A stretch of 63,163 bases of DNA, the filler included, from Choristocarpus tenellus KU-1152 (lineage: Eukaryota > Protista > Phaeophyceae), in the NCBI GenBank assembly GCA_964200185.2. It is 11 parts of 11 records of this genome, joined end to end, with 100 filler letters (N's around TTAATTAATTAA, not from the genome) between each part and the next. Parts side by side here need not be neighbours in the genome. Positions count along the whole stretch, not along the records: positions 60,461 to 63,163 come from CAXNAD020025499.1; 10 more parts are not named here. The stretch is one strand, 5' to 3'. A model generated the notes under the pieces. It had not been told where the DNA came from, did no database searches, and saw nothing but the letters and a program-made list of their open reading frames with translations. This document shows positions 60,361 to 63,163 of the stretch, piece after piece. Position numbers and translations under genes: made by a program. The number at the start of each line of letters is the position of its first letter. Position 1 is the stretch's first letter.

Positions 60361-62574
60361 NNNNNNNNNNNNNNNNNNNNNNNNNNNNNNNNNNNNNNNN
60401 NNNNTTAATTAATTAANNNNNNNNNNNNNNNNNNNNNNNNNNNNNNNNNNNNNNNNNNNNAGTCCTATACGTGCATCAGTATCATCCATAGGCCCGTAGA
60501 TTGGAGCTATACACCCTGTGGAGGTAAGCCTTTGGGACGTACTGTAACAATGGTTCTCAAGGAGAGAGAGCCTTTATATGGGAATACTCTATTTCTCTTT
60601 GACGGTGAGATATTATTTTTGTATCTGTACTTCTTTGTGTTCCATGGTTTTGAAATGGGGAGTCTTTTCTTTTTGACCAGTACCCAATTTTTGACACAAG
60701 CGTGAGTTGGCAGTCCGCTTGCACTTCGGTGAAGGCTGCATCGAGGAGGAGTAATGTTACGGGCGATATGTGTTGATGGCGGCTTCATAAACGCCATAAT
60801 GACCTTGAAGTCCTAGACATTATATATTTGTACTTCTTGACTTCTTTTTTTTTGTCATTTTGATGCCACGGATGATGCATCATTGCCAGTTCCTTTTATA
60901 TATGATGATTGATACTTATGACGGCAATAATCGAAGCGAGAGATCCAGCATACTTGACGACTTGTGCATCATGTAGCCTTGTACGAGATTCATGGTCCAC
61001 ATACATGCTTATGGATTGGAGCTACATATCCCACTATGGCAAGTTTGCGGAGCGTTTCGTAAGTACAGCGGACCATTCAACAGTCAGTATGGACTGGCGG
61101 CACTGCATAGTATCAAGAAAAAAGCAAATTGAGTATCCTATGTTTTAACAACTGTTCCATACTTCCTATTCACCAAGGAGTTGTAACTGTAATTGATGAT
61201 CTCTACGATGAGGTACCAGCGATGTAAAGGTGACGACCAGTACCGATGTGCGAATCAACAGTTAGTATGAACTGGTAATATTTGTATCGTATCAAGTACA
61301 CAAAAGATGAGTAGACTATGTTTCAGATTCATTTGGACCCTTCCCCTAATTTTCGTCGCCCTCATGCAATTAGATTGAGGAGTGTTGCTTTTTGTTGTTC
61401 TCTTGTCCAATTTTTTGCATGTGCGATACTACTTCGGTGGTTGGTTTATCTGATATACAAATAGTACTCCTTACTGTGGATATTGTGTTGTGTTCCTTTC
61501 AATGGCATTTCCTCTTCTCCAGTTATTCTTATTGTCATTATGTTTTAGCGTGAAACACACGGAAATACGCAGACAGGTTCTTCAGACTGAAGGGGAGCGG
61601 GAAGACTCACAGGAGGAAAGGAAATGGAGAGAGACAAGGCAGAAGGATGAGCAATCTCTCACAAGGCCACTCAGGGAAAGAGTGAAGAGGAAAAGAGTGA
61701 AACAGGGGGATGCTGTAAGCTCCTCTCGAACCACCCCATAATTACGTCAAGAAGCAAATGCTGATGTCATATTGGGCAGCAGACCCACCTTGATGTGTAT
61801 ATTCTCAAGAAAGGACACATTAAAGGTATTCCTTTGTCGAAGGGTGGGAAATACACTAGATGAAAACAAAACTAGAAAGGTCGGAGTCATTTTGTTTTCT
61901 AATCTCCTAATATTTGTTTTTCCTACATGAACCATGACATGTTAGGGGACACAATATATACTGGAGTATGTGAAAGTACAAAGGTAGAAAGACAGTAGCA
62001 GTGTTGTGTGTATGATAGTTGGTGTATGTCATGATGTTATTGAGGATGTGTAGTATCACTAATATAAATTGAAAATTAAGGGTCAGGATGTCAGTATGTC
62101 TCAAACATTTTATGATATGAATTGTTGTTATTAATGTATTGTTAGGTAGATTGCATCATGCATGCAATACCAGAGGGGTTGGTATACGCAAATGCATGGT
62201 AATACATGAGGACTCTAACATACTTACCATACTTCGGAATATTTTTGAAGTCTTAAACCAAGAAAATGCTATACCGGCGCAACAACTCACATGGCAGGAA
62301 TCCTAAAAAAGCAAACTGAAAAAGTCAAGATGCCACTAGTTGCTCACTCAAACAACTTGGTGTATAACCGTTGGCATCACAAATAGACTCCTTCCTTGTA
62401 TCTGTTACGGAAAGGTTGATCAAATTAACTTGTTGTATGTCCTTGTTTTGAGCAGTATCAGTCGGAAGATCAATGGTTTGGGCAGAGGATGCTCAGTGTT
62501 CGGCATATTGTTGGTGTTCAGTACGCTTGTAGACTTGTTACTAGAACTTGGCACATGGATGAATGTCTTTGCTG

Positions 62575-63016
62575 ATGAGAATCATTTTGATATCGTGTCT
62601 CCTACTGGGAACCAGCGCAGTGGCGACCACGGTTGTGACCACATGTGATTACTTGAGGTCAGTCGTTGTAGATGGGACTGGAACAGTAAATTTGGAGCTC
62701 GCCAATAACTTAGTATGTTCGACTTCCCTGGTCGTCAGCTCTGGCAATGCCGTGACCATCAATGGCAACGGGTACGAGATGAAGATTGGCGAAGACCTTT
62801 CACCATCTGATGACAATGACGGAAGTCTCCTTGTCAACGAGGACGGAGGTGCCCTCACACTACAAGACATATATTTCTTGGATGTGGGAATTGACTCCGG
62901 TCTGTCTCCACTCAACATCCGAGCTGTGCGAAACGAAGGGGGAATTGATCACCGAGGACTGCACATTCTCAAAACTTAATCAGGGGATCGGCGGAAATGG
63001 AGAGTACGGAGGGGCA
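62575..63016 (+). CDS. First exon of a secreted GGA-repeat (polymorphic-membrane-protein / beta-helix-like) protein, with an apparent +1 frameshift
   Basis: Signal peptide MRIILISCLLLGTSAVA, then beta-rich TCDYLR..LVCSTSLVVSSGNAVTING. Removing one G from the run at ~62938-62942 continues as RNEGELITEDCTFSKLNQGIGGNGEYGGA|gtgaga. Confidence 0.68.
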
Positions 63017-63163
63017 GTGAGAATGAAGTATGCTCCCATCACATTTCTCAACAAATCTAACAGACAACTGGGTCAAAGTATCTGGGGGGGGGGGGGTCGG
63101 GGGCCGTTTTTCACCATTTTTTCGATTTTCAATCTTTCGGGGGGGTTTGGTTGCGGGGGTTGG

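Noticed and set aside
60461-61250. Short ORFs on both strands
   Set aside because: Multiple stops in all frames and no identifiable motif; possibly a decayed transposon but not supportable

Overview
Eukaryotic nuclear DNA, rich in introns and repeats, from a photosynthetic stramenopile, most likely a brown alga or close relative. Evidence: a bipartite plastid-targeting leader with an AQA|F motif, short GT-AG exons, TTAGGG tracts and a GGA-repeat secreted protein. The window is 11 contigs joined by artificial 100-bp spacers (N44-TTAATTAATTAA-N44), so adjacency across spacers is not informative. Genes reconstructed by hand: the 5' four exons of a plastid-targeted APS/PAPS reductase; a head-to-head small gene resembling UBAP1 (UMA-like + coiled coil + UBA-like); a cytochrome b5-domain gene; a single-pass membrane protein with a divergent bulb-type lectin-like C-terminus; an unknown 4-exon gene; a frameshifted secreted GGA-repeat gene; and two identical tRNA-Gly(TCC) genes with an unusual A1-U72 pair. 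The rest is mostly transposon debris: chromodomain Ty3/Gypsy, Copia, RTE-like and other non-LTR remnants, MULE, pogo/CENP-B, a solo LTR, a foldback inverted repeat and two abundant short families. The most striking observation is a ~260-bp MITE family (12 copies) with GAG...CTC termini and 4-bp TSDs, resembling Sola2. One copy duplicated an AGGT site inside a coding frame and forms an exact GTGAGT...CAG intron whose removal restores the reading frame, i.e. Introner-like behaviour. All protein family calls come from motif recognition by eye, not from database searches.
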